From contig CAJFCJ010000012.1 of the NCBI GenBank assembly GCA_904063045.1, positions 2,558,498 to 2,622,497 of the forward strand: a stretch of 64,000 nt of DNA, read 5' to 3'. This DNA comes from Dimorphilus gyrociliatus (Eukaryota; Animalia; Annelida). Under the pieces are notes generated by a model, which was given only the letters and a program-made list of their open reading frames with translations, ran no database searches and was not told where the DNA came from. This document shows, one piece after another, positions 12,783-26,919 of the stretch; the first letter of the stretch is position 1; each line of letters begins with the position of its first letter. The translations under genes were made by a program, and so were the position numbers.

Positions 12783-14844
12783 CTATTTCCCCTGTCTTTT
12801 CTTATGAATTTTCTTCTTATTCTTTATTGTTTTCTAATCGGAACACGAGTATCTTTATCTTGTTTTTATTTTTGTTTATTCTATTTATATTGACCTATTC
12901 GTTGTCTTACGATACAAATTCTAACCTCTCGACAATTTAACTGTACAGTTAGTAATATGTTATCTCTGTGTATTGATATCTACATGTATAACTGTATATA
13001 GATTGATATAGACAGTTAGAGATTATGTGGGTGTACGTATGAGTTTGGGTGTTTGGGTGTTTGTCTCTCTGTCTCTCTCTTCATCTCTCTCCTTTCTCCA
13101 CTGTTATACAATATATCTGTTGTTTTTTATGTACATATGCAGTTTTATACTTATTATTTATTTATTTGTTTATAATTTACTTTACGGAATTCTATTTACT
13201 TCGATATAATCTACTTTCTTTATCCCTTTTTTACAAGATTAAGGCGTAAATCAAATTCTAGCCAATGAATTATCCATTGATAATCCATATTTAAAATTTG
13301 CACTCTTTGCTCCAGCCACTCCTCTCCCGTTAGGTTAATGTTTTAATTTTGCTGTAGATTATTCTTTTAATTACACACTATAGACGTTAGACGTTAGACG
13401 TTGTGCGCTGAAAAATTAATTCTTGAATTACGTAATTATAAATGTACTTTTGAACAGATTAATTAGAATTTAAGAAGAATAAGAAAATTGATGTCCTATT
13501 AATAGTTTATTTAGGGCGAACTATCCTCTAGTACTGTTATTTACATTTCTGTAATGGTGTGCCAAAACTAATAGAGCTCAGCTGGCGAAAACGTGTCCTC
13601 AAATTGGACTCAAAAAAGAGAAAAAATTCACTGTTACACTCCTAAGATGAAGAGCGGAGTTTCTTTCCTATTTTTTAAATTTCTCTCCTATACTACAAAC
13701 CATTAATAAGGCCGACAGTTAATAAATAGAGAAAAGTGTTAGATGTGCTAAGAGAAGGTTTAATTGGTATCGATTCTCCTTTTTGGCAATGCAGGCGCCT
13801 GTTAATTGCAGAGACCGTTACAAAAAGAAAATCTTCCTCTTCCAGCAGTAATTAACTATTTAAGTGTTTTCTCAATTTTTTAAGTGAAAGAAGAGAGGAT
13901 TGGACTCTTTCAATCTTTTTCATGGTTTCAGTATATATGTATATACTGTATATACATATACTTAATAGCGTATATTGTATAAAATAAGGATTTCTTGCTC
14001 TAGAACTTTATCCAAGGCTTAGCAAAATTGATTGATCAAAATGCGGATGAACTATTTTTTTTATCCAATCCATTGTTTAAAATGATTTCGCCATAATCGT
14101 TTCCATTCTTTAAAGTAGCCTCCTGTCCTTCATTACGAGCTTGGGTCATTTTAACAAATAGCAAAGTTCAATGAACTGATAGCCGAAATTCTTCTTTTTA
14201 TATTATTATTATCTTTGATACAAATCACTCTTTTCTTGAATAAATTAATTATATTCATATTAAACAGATTCTTACAGATTCGTAATACTACTATAGGCCT
14301 AAATTATATTAAAGTTCAATCTTGATATACATACAAAACTATACGTTATACAGTATATATAGTGTTATAGAGTATGTACTATTCTTTAAAAGTAATCGAT
14401 AAAATCGATAAATAATGCGTTTATCTTAGAAAATTGTTGGTTTTTTTTCTCTCTCTACTATTATTATTATGCTTCGGCTTTTTTGAGTGTTTCCTATTCG
14501 AATTACCAAGAAACTCGGTTGTACTTTAGAACACGAATGACGTAATATAAAAAAAAAAGAATTGGATAGACGTAATGACAGGACTTGGCCTAGAAACAGA
14601 AAACAAATAATAGAACATGGACATATTGTTAATTGTTTGTTTATTTACGTACAGTATTTTCAAGTTAGAAAGACAACAGCGAAAAGGGTAAGAAGATGAA
14701 GATGATGATGAAGAAGAAAAAGAGATGAAGGGGAAAATAAATTTAAAGAAGCGTACAACATATTAATATTTAAAAAGTTTTTAATTTCCCTGACAGTCTC
14801 TCTCTCTCTCTCTCTCTCTAGCCCTATCTCTATCTCTGTTTATG

Positions 14845-15993
14845 CTATATTACGCTCTTAGCATTCTCCGTCTCCTGAAAAGACATATTTGTAGAATTTT
14901 CCTCCGTCTTCTTTTGTGGCTTCCTACAACAAAACATCAGCAATAGTCTATCTCTGAAAAGCTGATATTGCAGTGTATATACAAATGGATTAATCATTGC
15001 GTTGGCGAGATAAACAATTACAGTCATTCTGTAATTATTTGCTGTATATTTAAAAAAGTCTAATCCAATATTATTAAGAAAGAAAAAGAATGCATTCCAA
15101 CTATTACATATAAGAAATCCCAATGCAACTAACAGCATAGTTGCGAATAAATTATTCCTAGCCGCATTTCTCTTTTTATCTTTACTATCTTTTCGACTAC
15201 GATGAATTTTGAAAGCCATATGAGCATTACAAGTTATTAATAAGGTCGCCGGTCCTAACCATTCAAGAACGAATAGAAACGTTCCGAGAATTTTTGCCCC
15301 ATGGGGCATCGGCAACTTCCCCCAAAATTTACAATTATTATCCTCTATATCATTAAAAATGACGACTGGTATTATTTGAACTAAGAGTCCAAATATTGCC
15401 GAGACTACCATTGCTACTTTAATTTTAAATTTCGTTACGTGAATATGATGGAAAAATGGTAGAGTAATCGCTATATAACGTTCAATTGTTATGATACATA
15501 AATTAAAGGTGGAGGCGTTAAAGAGACCCCATAGTACAATCGTACTCTGGAACATATAACAGTAGAATGTTATTAAACTCCAACTGAGATTCTCGTAAGA
15601 TATTTGGTGGCCAATAATCCAGAGGAAATGCGCTATCATCGCTACAGAGCATAGGGCGTCTATTACTGATTGATTGATTATTAATATTTCATGAATTTTC
15701 ATATCTTTTTGATACATTGCAGCGATTACTAAACAATTTCCAAATATACCGAAACTGCCAAAGATAAGCGCTATATTCTTTACTTGGGTTTTCGAGATGA
15801 AAGCATTTTCCTCCCAGGCACTTTGAGTCTTGTTCGTTGAGCTAGTAGTATTTAATGGTTGATTAGTTGTTAATAGGTAGTTAGTTGCATTATTCGAATC
15901 ATTCCATTCAATTGTCCTATCCTCTAAACAAACAGCAAAGGGGAAAGAGAGGAGAACAAAAGAAGCAAGTAAAAAGTTTATTCTTTTCGGCAT
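14845..15993 (-). CDS. Intronless class A GPCR, galanin/allatostatin-like orphan, with probable signal peptide (382 aa)
   Basis: FGNCLVI in TM1, NQSVID in TM2, ERY, NPFVY, helix 8 with CC; glycosylated N-terminus preceded by a hydrophobic leader. Confidence 0.9.
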   Translation of the reverse strand: MPKRINFLLASFVLLSFPFAVCLEDRTIEWNDSNNATNYLLTTNQPLNTTSSTNKTQSAWEENAFISKTQVKNIALIFGSFGIFGNCLVIAAMYQKDMKIHEILIINQSVIDALCSVAMIAHFLWIIGHQISYENLSWSLITFYCYMFQSTIVLWGLFNASTFNLCIITIERYIAITLPFFHHIHVTKFKIKVAMVVSAIFGLLVQIIPVVIFNDIEDNNCKFWGKLPMPHGAKILGTFLFVLEWLGPATLLITCNAHMAFKIHRSRKDSKDKKRNAARNNLFATMLLVALGFLICNSWNAFFFFLNNIGLDFFKYTANNYRMTVIVYLANAMINPFVYTLQYQLFRDRLLLMFCCRKPQKKTEENSTNMSFQETENAKSVI

Positions 15994-16462
15994 GATGAAG
16001 ATACTAAATGAAGATGAATTGATGAAATCGCCTTTTTCTACTTTACATGTTCCTTGTAAAATGATCTAATAGTTCATTTTTTATTATAAGCAAATTATAT
16101 CCTAATATTTCATTTCTCTTCTTACTTGGACGTTCTCCTCTATAGTATGCAAATATATGCAATTAAATATAATTTTCTCTTAAGCGTAAATGATCCCTTC
16201 GATTCTATTAGACATTGCACTGAGGCGTTGAAAACGAACCTCCTTTACTTTCAAAAGCGTTTAGACGCGAAGAAGAAGAAATTATATAAAAATTCAAAGC
16301 TAGAAATGATAAAAGTTCTTAATTATATTTAATCAAAGTATTCTCTCTTGAGGCACCTTTGTCGTAATAAAGTAGTCATTTAGAGCAAACTTTTATTTGT
16401 AATTATATGACAATAAGGTGTATTCTATATATACAGTATATATACAGTATATGTATATATAT

Positions 16463-16493
<31 letters not shown>

Positions 16494-17369
16494 TTTGCTC
16501 AATCTAAAGGGGAAAAAAAGCAAAAATCCGTTCGTTTCTTATCATAACAAACTTTCATTTTTACACTTCAAAATGAAAGTTTCGGAGGCATTTTTTTATT
16601 AGAGAAGGTGATAAATTTTCTCATATCTATATATTTATACATACGGTACACTGTTAATATACAGTATATTGGTTTGTTTATGTAACGATAAATATACTTG
16701 GAAAGGTTAAAATTCTCTATTCTTATTGTTACTATATACATCACAACTCTCTTCGCTCATAGCTCTTTCTTTAATCATCAGTCCAAGTTCAATAAATCTT
16801 TACATCCTACTTAACTTTTAATTTCTTTTATGTCGTCATCAGCTCCTCAGGCGATACGATTACGTTTTATCTTATAGTGAAAAGTAGATTAGAAAATTTT
16901 AAACCTTTTCGTCCTTGACAAAGGTTAATCAACCGTTGCTAAAGTTATCTATATTTCTTTAGTCGTAAGAAGAAATGTTGAAAAGTTGAAAAAAAAGAAA
17001 GTGTTGAATTTGAGTAAGAGTTTATAAAGATGAGATAATGTTTAATGAATTAAAGTTTAGTTAATTATGTACATAAAACAAAAGATATGAGTGAAATGGT
17101 TGATCGTCAGTTAAAAAAATTTTCCTTTATCAATTAAGCTATCTACATAAAAACTTTACTTGTTTATAGTTTATGGAGAGTGTTTATACGTTGTTTTTAT
17201 TTAATAGAGATACATGTAAAACAGTATATACATAAATATATAAAGCTCACGACTCATAATGAAAGTATATCTGTTAAAAAAGAAAAGTTTCCTTTCAATT
17301 TTTTTATTTAATTATCTAATCGGATAAAGCTTTAAGTTTAATCACTTTCTATTCACTTTCTTCCTTTCG

Positions 17370-17400
<31 letters not shown>

Positions 17401-17803
17401 GCTCTTTAATTCCTAGTATCTTCACCTGTCCAGTGACCTATCAACAAAGAGAGAAATATATACTGGCTGAGCTTGGAGAGAATTAACTATCATCTCGTAT
17501 TTAAATAGCCAGATATCTCAATGGTTAATAGCATATACCTATTATGAATAACTATAGGATTATATAAAGAAACATATCAAGTGCGTAAGCAGAGAACAAT
17601 AATCCTGATAATAATAAAAATGAGAAAATTAGCATATCGAAAACTTTGACACCTCAAAACATTAGTACTCATGAGAGCAATGTCCAACGGTCCACTTTCT
17701 TATCAATCTATGTTGCTGCTATAAATATAGACTAACCATATCTATTAAATTTTAGTTCTGTAATAGTTTTTAAAGGAGTTTCATCAATTGAAAATAAAGA
17801 AAT

Positions 17804-20800
17804 ATGAAATCTTCGAAATGGCTCAAATTTGTTTCACCATCATCCATTGGAAGTATTACAGCCGCTATGCTGGCATTGTATCCGGCTGGATCGGAGAGGG
17901 TTCAATGGACAGAAGCCATAGCCCTTAAACTATGCTATATCATGGGTGGATTTCTAGTTAGTTACTTCTCCGTCAAAGCTTTAATGTGGACTAGAAAGAG
18001 ACTTCTCATATCCCTATTCTCCTACACTGGATGGATGATCCAACCAAAATCACTGAAAGCAAAGGTAATAACAATAGAGAATAGAAAGAGAAGTGAACAA
18101 TTAATTCAACTGTCATGTATTTTCTCCCCTCTCTTATCTCTTTCAATATCATTTTCTATCACTCCACATCCGGATGAATGCTTTATCTAAACTTTTGTAT
18201 ATTTTGTTTAAAAGATATGGGCGATAATGATTAAAGTACTACGGGGTCCAAGACCATTTAAAACGTTCTCCTTCCAAAATCTAATACCGAAACAACCGTT
18301 ACCAGAACTGAATGCAACACTGGACAAGTAAATATCATATATTTTCCCTATTTTTCTTCCCTTTTCCTATAGAAATCCTAATTGTATTAGCAATAATAAT
18401 AATAACAATAATAATAACAAGTTAACCGCTTTAATGATAGCGATAACTGTAATAATCTAGTATCTATGTATAACGAAGGCACACAATAGTGGTTTATAAA
18501 AATTGACCGTTTTGTTCGCAGATGGCTCAAGGTCAGCAGGCAATTTGTAACTGAAGAAGAATTCTTACAAACCGAAAAGCATGTAGAACATTTCAGGAAG
18601 AACCAAGGTCCTAAACTTCACGCTTATTTAATAGAGAAGTAAGCATTTATACTTATATATATATATATTGATATTTATATATTTATTTATCTCCCTTCCA
18701 GAGCCAAGAAATCAGATAGCTGGCTCAACGATTATTGGCTTCAGGGCGCTTATTTAGCTAGTAGAAAACCTCTAGCCGGTAATCAAATTCAATCAATTTA
18801 ATTTTCTTTTATCGTCTCTTTCATTTCTTTCTCTCTTTCTTTCTTTCAATCTTTAGTTTATAGTAACTATTTCGTTTCGAATCACTTGACTAAGGATAGA
18901 GTTGATTCCGGTTTACCAAGAGCAGCTAACATTGTTCATCATCTATTGCAAATGAATGAAGATATTAAAAATGAACTTATCGAGCCAGTTCTTCTTCAAG
19001 ATTTAGTTCCACTGTGCATGAGCGGCTACAAAACTCTATTTGGTACTTGTCGCATCCCTGGTCTACATATGGATAGTATATCTATGAGTAAAGAATCTCA
19101 ACATATCGTTGTATTAAGGTAAATGATAATTAAGGTGAAAACGAGCGATTTATTTAATAATTAATTAATTATATAGACGAGGGCACTACTATAAATTACA
19201 AGTGAAAGTGAATGGATTAATACTGAGTCCAGGCGAACTAAAGAATCAGCTTCAAAAGATACGTAAAGATGCTGATGGTATGTTGGTTGATTACTTAATC
19301 AGTTAAATATATACGCTATCAAAAAATCGATTGACATATATATCGAAATGGAATTTATGCAAATATATAACTCGATAAAAGTTCAATCTATATTTTCTTA
19401 CAGGAAGGGAACCGTGCAGAGAAAATTTTGCCAGTTTAACGTGCGATAATAGAAGTTCTTGGGCTAATGTAAATTAATTATATTATACTAATATAAACGT
19501 TTCTTTCTACTCTAAACTGAAACGAACCTTTCTATTTTGCCTTTCTAGAATAGAGAATACGTGAAAAAGACTAATGAAAAACTATTAAATACTATTGAAA
19601 CTTCCCTATTCCATATTGTTTTGGACGATACGATACACGAAGATATTTCGGCGAGATCTCGCGATTTAACTCTTGGTAAAGGTTGGGATAGATGGTTCGA
19701 TGTTGGCTTTACGGCAGTTTTTTATGAAGATGGGTCAATGGGCTGTAATGTTGAACATTCAACTCTTGACGCTATGGTTAGTATTTTCCATCCATTCGTT
19801 ACTCTATAGACAATTCTTAACGGATTATTCTTTGTCCTAAAAAGGTATTCGCAAACGTTATAGAATATGTTATGATACGTGAACAATACTGTCTTCTAGA
19901 CATCGCTCAGGTTGGTTCGTTAAGGAACCTACCGGACGCTGAGAGATTAGAATGGAACACTGACGAAAAATTAACTGATATGTTGAAAATATCAACGGAG
20001 AATTATGAAAAACTGGTAATAATAGAAAAGATTCGTGTTATTTATTAATTCTTAACTGTTTCTTCCCATTCGTAGAATGATAGATTAGATTTAATCGTTC
20101 AATCGGCGCCTTTCGGCAAAGGAATAATGAAAAAATGTCGCCTTAGTCCTGATGGATTTATTCAAATGGCACTCCAATTAGCATTCTATAAAAAGCGTCA
20201 AGAAATTGCCAAAACGTATGAACCAGCAACTGGTAGACTATTTCTTTTGGGTAGAACGGATACCGTTCACCCAGTGTCGGAATACTCAAAGAAATGGGTT
20301 GAATGTATGACCAATAAAGATCACACTGACTCAGAAGAGAAGAGAACACTACTCTCGAAAGCCGTTAAAAATCAAACGCAATTCCGTCTAGACGCTACTA
20401 TGGGTAATGGATGTGATAGACATTTGTTTGCTCTGTACTGCGCTTCCAGAGAATTGGGAATGGATCCTCCAATGATATTTCCCGACTCTGTAAGTAACAA
20501 TAGAGCTGTAGATTTTCCTTTTATTTACAGAATTAACTAATGGTTGTACTCTTGTTCTCGGATTAGGCTTGGATGAAAGACTTTAAACTATCAACATCTC
20601 AGACTCCAACCATTATCTATAGTCTAATGAAGGGTAAAGGGTCAATATTTGAGGATGGAATAGGAGGTTTCGGACCACAATGCGACGATGGTTACGGAAT
20701 ATCTTACGTTATCTACGGAGAGAATTTAAGTTAGTAGAAAGAAAGAAAGATAGATAGATAAGGCGAATGATTATTAATTATCAATTTTTTTATCCTTTTC

Positions 20801-20909
20801 AGTAAACTTTTCAATATCAAGTTGGAAAGATAACAATAAAACAAATTCCAAAGAGTTCGCCGACTGCATAAACGAGTGTCTTCTAGAAATGAGAGCCTTA
20901 TTCTTATAG
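17804..20909 (+). CDS. Carnitine O-palmitoyltransferase 1-like (choline/carnitine acyltransferase family), about 12 exons
   Basis: Motifs LFSYTGWM, LPELNATLDK, WLNDYWLQGAYL, GWDRWFD, catalytic EHSTLDAM, SPDGFIQMALQLAF, GRTDTVH, GNGCDRHLFALY, LSTSQTP, GGFGPQCDDGYGISY. Stop TAG at 20907-20909. Confidence 0.92.
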
Positions 20910-21159
20910 CGAAGACGGGAAAGGGAAAAGAGATGAGTTACAGTGATATATATAGAGACGTACTGTGTATAAATACTGCATATTTCCTTCTTTATGTATT
21001 ATATATATATACATTGTTTTTACAAACTATCATTTATGTATCTAGTTTATTCGCCCTATTATTCATTTCCTTCTTTTTCATCTTCTTATTAGCAAAATAT
21101 AAAACAAAGAAATAACTCAAAACTATACGCCTATTTATTAATGTTTGTCTTCTTTATTG

Positions 21160-22638
21160 TTAGGAAACAGTTTTTGGTCTTTGCTGAGGTTTCCTATTGC
21201 GGAATCCTCCCTTTTTATTCTTTGGCTCTCCTCCAATTGGTCTGTGGGAAAATAAACGAATAACAGACAAATTAGTTTATTAATGACGCAATACGATACA
21301 CTTAAATAGTTAGTTAGTGAAATGATATTATACTTTTCGTAATTTTCCCTTGGCCATCGTACGAAATACGAAAATATCCATGACTTTGTAACACCTTGAG
21401 CTTTTCTAATTTTATCTAATTGAGAATGTCTTTCTAAATTGATATCTCTTCTTCTGAGAAGAATTTGACGCCTCTGCTCTAATTCAAGTCTCATTCTTTC
21501 CCTAGCTTCTTCTTCCAACCTTTGAATCTAAGGAAAAATGAGAAAGTTGCTTCAATTTTTCTAGTAGGTGAAAACTTATATCCAGCGATATACAGTATAT
21601 TTATATATATATATAAATAGACAATATATAAGAGATATGGACATACCTCTATCAACTTTTGGCGCTCTTGCTCTAGGCGTTCCCTTTCTTGTCTTTCTTT
21701 CTCTAATCTTTCCATTTCGATTTGCATTTCCTCTTCTTCCATCTTTAGTCTATATTTTAGTTTTATATATTATATCGAATATATACAGTTTGTCTATATT
21801 TAATAACAACAATAGTAGCAATAATAGAAAATACCTTATTCTTTCACTCTCCTCTTCCATCTGAAGCTTTTCTAGATATAATGCTCTTTGTCTTTCTTCA
21901 GCTTCTTCTCTAGCCTGAACTATCTTCTTAAGAGCTTCTTCTTCCATTGCTCTTTCCATCTCTTCCATCTCTTCATCCTCCAGTTGTCTTTGCTTCCTTT
22001 CCTCTTCTTCTTCTTCGGCTAATCGCTCTTGCTCTTCCCTCTCTTGTTCTTCTTTTCTCTTCCTCTCCTCTTCTCGTAATTTACGTTTCTCTTCGGCAGA
22101 AGCTAGCGTCTCCAACATTTGTAATTCTCTCTTTCTGGCCGCCTCGAGTCTAGCTTTTTCCTCTTCTCTCTTTAACCTTTCTTTTTCCCTTTTCTTTTCT
22201 TGCTCGGCTCTTCTCTTCGCTTCTCTTTGTTCTTTGTACTGTTTTCTTTGTTCGGCTATTAAATTTCTGGCATCCTCCTCCGCCCTTTCAGCCTCCATAA
22301 CTTCGTTGGTGGCTGCTTGTATTTCTGCTTCGACAATCTTTTTATTGCCCTCCACTTCCTGTTTCTTTAGCTCATTTTGATGTTCAATCTCTTTTATTTT
22401 GGCTTCGAGGGCTTGAGCTTCTTCAAGACGTTTTTGTCTCTCCAGTCGTTTAGCTTCCCTTAAACTTTGACGTTTCTTTTCTAATTCATCGCCGTCCTCT
22501 TGTTTCTGCTTCCGTTTCATTTTAGGACTTTTTGACTTAGGCCTAGCCTTTGATTTTGTTTCCCCTTTTTTCTCGCCACCAACGACATTTTCAGCAGCAG
22601 ATTTGAGTTTATTCTGAAGAAAAAATAAATAGATAAAT

Positions 22639-22669
<31 letters not shown>

Positions 22670-25600
22670 TTTCTTTTTTTGGAACCTTAATAATCTCAGC
22701 TTCAAGTGCAAGTTCTTCAGCCGACAAACCCTCTTCGATTGAAAATGTATTCGATAAAATTTGATCTGTAAGAAGGTAAGAAAGGCAATAAAATCTATGT
22801 TTTATCGAAGAGAGAGAATAATCAATTTGTGATTTATTACCCATTTCCTTCTCTAATTTTTTCTCCTCTTCCATTTTCTTATCAATTGAAGAGAGAACGC
22901 TCTGACTTCTTTTAAACTCTTTGATCTGATTTTCCGAAAATTTCACACTTAAAGGTGGCTTCTTATGAGTGGGCGATGAGCTTTTTGGAGGTGTTTTAGA
23001 TTGTTTTTCGCTCGATTTTAATATTTTTTTAATGGGAGCTGAACTAGAAACATCCTTCTTACTAGAAGATATTCCTTGATTATCATAAGGAGAGACGCTT
23101 AAAAGAGGAGGAGAATTTGATCGAAGTTTTTCCTTTTTCGCCGCACTTCCGTCTTCTTTCGGTAGTTCAGGAAGGTTTCGCTATGAAAATAGAGAGTTTA
23201 TTATCATTTTCCCATTAATAAACAGTTAAATTATTATGTAAATATTACGTTTTTCTTATTATCACTTTGAATTAAATTCTCCGATTCATTTTCATCCCTA
23301 TTTATCTCTATTGAAGGTTGTCTAGCGCTAATTGGCCTCTTAGAAGAGGTTGGTCGTTTTTTCAATAGTTTCTCCCCTTCGCTTTCAGCTACTGATTTTT
23401 CCTCATCTTCTCCATCTCCTTCTGCTTGGGGACTTTGGACGAATTGAACGTGCTTTTCGATCGAATCCGATCTTGCAGACATTCTATCGGGTGTCAAGAG
23501 TCTTGACCGTACCGACGCCGCTGAAACGGGTCGTTCTCTATTCGACGACGTTGCCGAATGATTGCTTAAATCAGATTTCATTTCTCTTTGCTGAGGTTCT
23601 GAGACTTGCTGCTTATCTATAACGATCTCTCGGTGGTCTACAATTACATTATTCTCTTCTATTGACGGTGGCTTATCTCTATTGAAAACGTCGTAACTGG
23701 ACGGATCTTCGATGGCAGCTTCATTTTCAGTGCTTGCCGATCTATTCGATTTAATGGAACTCTTTCTCGAGTTATTTACTTCTCCGACTATTTCTGTCTT
23801 TGGTTCGTCATCACTAAATGCCTTGTCTTTCAATATTGCGTGTTGTTCATCGTGAGATGAATATTTTCTCTCATTTCTTCTCCTCCAAGGTGGAGTTACA
23901 CAACGAGAGGTGGAGGCCAAAACAGGCGTTGGAGGAAGATATCTACCACTAAGTGGCCGAAAATCACCAGTACTTGCAGCTATAATACGATATATATGTG
24001 TTTTGAAAAGGATTAAAGAGAAAAATTGATCTGCACGAGTGTTGAAAAACTCGGAAAAAAACTGACAAAAAACAATCCAAAACGTGTTGAACAGATGGTG
24101 AAAAGAACGTAGAAGAAAATATTAAATACATAAATTTTTAACCCGTCATACCATATACACTATAGCTGTTGTTGTTGTTGTTGTTGTTTGTAGCATTATT
24201 AAAGCGATACAGGGAGGGAGGAAGGGAGAGAGAGAAAGACAAAGAGAGAGAGAGAGAGAGGAGGTTAAGGAACGGGAAGGGGTAGGAGAAAAAGGGAATG
24301 AAATGAATGATTAGTCAATAAATTATTATAGATTTTTTTCTTTTTATCATTAATAGCTTTTTAATAGCCTTATTAGTTATGATCAGAAAAATAAATCAAA
24401 TAGACCTATTTATATAGATATATCTACACCAGATGAATACTTACTATTTGAACGGGTTGAAGGACTCTTAGGGCTATTCATCGGCATAGTTTGCTTTGTT
24501 TCCTTACCATCCTCCAAACGAGGATGATCTGGCAATCTATTTAAAAGCAATTTCTTTCAATTAACTCTATTAATAACGAATAACAATTAACACAATAAGA
24601 CAATAAAATAAACGAAATAAATGGAGACTAACTGACTGATTGATTGATTGATTGATTGATTAACTTGTATATATTTTATGGATATATAAATACAATATAC
24701 ATATATAGTATATAGAGAGATATTGTACAAAGTCTACTTACTGTTTACGTCTTATTCGCACGGAAATTTCACTCTCAGATCCAGAAGGAGACGAAGGAGG
24801 AACCGGCATTTGTTCTGCTTAATAAAAGAGATTTATACAGTTATATATCTTATATATAGTGTATAATTGAATAGATAAGAGTTATCAAGTTAAAACTGTA
24901 TGGTGCTTATTAATATAAAGCAAAAACAACAATAAAACAAAACAAACAAACAAACAATACTAGAGAATAAAAAAAAATATTCCTCTCTTCTTTCTTTCTT
25001 TCTTTCTTTTATTATCTAGAAATAAAATATGAATTGAGCATATGACGGGAACTTTTAGGATATTCTATTCTCTCTTCTTTTCTTTCTCTTATCAATAATG
25101 GAAAATATGGTTTTTGTTTGTTTGTCAATTTGTTTGTTTGTTTGCTCCTTAGGATACAAAACTGTGCTGAAAATCAACATTAAAAACAAACAATAATGAT
25201 ATATATATATATATTATATATATATATATAAATATCATAATAATAGTAATAATAGCTTTTGTGCCAGATATTCAAGTGCGCTCAGTTTGTACTTGACTGA
25301 TTTTGTTCGGTGATAATAAACAACAATAATATTGCAGTTGAGTGGTTAAACAACTTCTATACGTTCTTTTTCGGTTTCGACCGAGAAAGACCCTACTGTT
25401 ACCTTTAAATTTTGATTTAGACTCTGGTGGAAGATTTGGTAAGACTCTTCGACGCTTTTCGAATACTTTTTTAGTAGGTGGAGCGAGATTTGGACTCCAT
25501 AATCGACTCTCGTCGGTTGTATCGTAATTTGGTGTGTTTGTACGAGGCTTACCCGCAATATCCTCCGGAGTTTTTGTTGACCTGGAAGAAGGAGGCCTCT

Positions 25601-26919
25601 GGTAGAGAATTTCTGAAGATGGTCTTGTAGATGGCCTCGAAGAATTTGTAAAAGTTAACTCTTCAACAGTCTCCATAGGATTTTCTATAGAACAGCAAAG
25701 CGATGCACACTAAAGAAATAAAAGAAATAATATCTACCTTCAAACATTAACGAAGATCTTGTCCTTAGAGATTTCTTAAGCTCTTCGCTAGATAATCTCT
25801 GCACAGTTTTAGGAGACCTCGAAGATAAGCTATTCGTCAAAATGACAAAGCGAGGAGAAGAGAAGGAAAAAAGAAAAGGGAATTAAAATTAAAACAAGCC
25901 TTAAATTTTGATTGACAAACTGAAAAGTCCTAAATTGTGCTTGTGCCGATGATGGTCGACTATCAGTACTAGACGTGCAAGATTCTGTATCTGGTGAATT
26001 CCTTGCTAAGAGGAGTAAGGCTTCTTGAAGTTGCTTTTCATCTTCCGATAAATTGTGATTATTTCTTAAGCTTCTAAACCAACTGCGTGATTTTAAGTGT
26101 TATGTTTGTTTATTGTTAATAAATTTAAGCTGTTTTCCCCCTCTCCCTTCCCTTTTCTCACACATTTACACATATTTACATACAATTAGGAAGAGGGATT
26201 GGACATTTCATCCTTACCTGGCTGAATGCCTTCGTAATTGCTGCAGGTAATCATCGGTACTCTCTCTCTTCAATTCATGATCCGCTGCTGAATTTAAATC
26301 GTGCAGGAAATTAAGATAAGTTTTATTAGCCGGATCGGAAATACTGCAATGTTCTTTATTATACTCCTATAGAATAATAATAAATAGCACAAGATCTTTA
26401 TTGTCGCTTCAAGACTAGTTAAATGTATAGGCTTACTCCGTCTCCAAAACTCAAAATACTTTGAGCTAAACGGGATAAACTACCGAATTTCTTTTGTAAT
26501 TCGCTATCAGACATTTTCTTCAGCTTGTTACGAAGTTTGTCTCCTTCCCTAGCATTCATCTCTTCCATTTCTTTATCGGAAGGTCCAGAGAATAATAGTA
26601 GACGACCCCGCCTCGTAAGGTACGTTTTTGGTATAAGAGCCTCTTGTTTTTGTCTGTCAACGGGGGCGGACATGCATCGATAGTTGGGTACAGTGTTGAG
26701 AACTGAATACCCCATATCTTTCGGCTTGGGGACTACTTTCTGAAGAGGAAAAGAGGAGGAGGGGAAAGAGAAGAAGGAGGGGAAGAAAAACAACAAAAGT
26801 CAATATATAAAGTATACATCTATATGTATATGTCAACTAACTTTATCTGAATCAATAAAGTCAACGGCACCGGGACCGTTCCAAGAGGCAAATCCTTGAG
26901 CAAGTGGACTAAAAGCCAT
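21160..26919 (-). CDS. KIAA2012-like uncharacterised protein (low-complexity middle region, C-terminal Glu/Arg coiled coil), multi-exon
   Basis: First exon MAFSPLAQGFASW...; IPKTYLTRRGRLLLFS and SLSRLAQSILSFG resemble the KIAA2012 N-terminal blocks. The long EE/RK coiled coil ends in VTKSWIFSYF, resembling the KIAA2012 C-terminus. The spliced terminal exon ends QRPKTVS* at 21160. Assignment is from recall, not a search. Confidence 0.7.
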
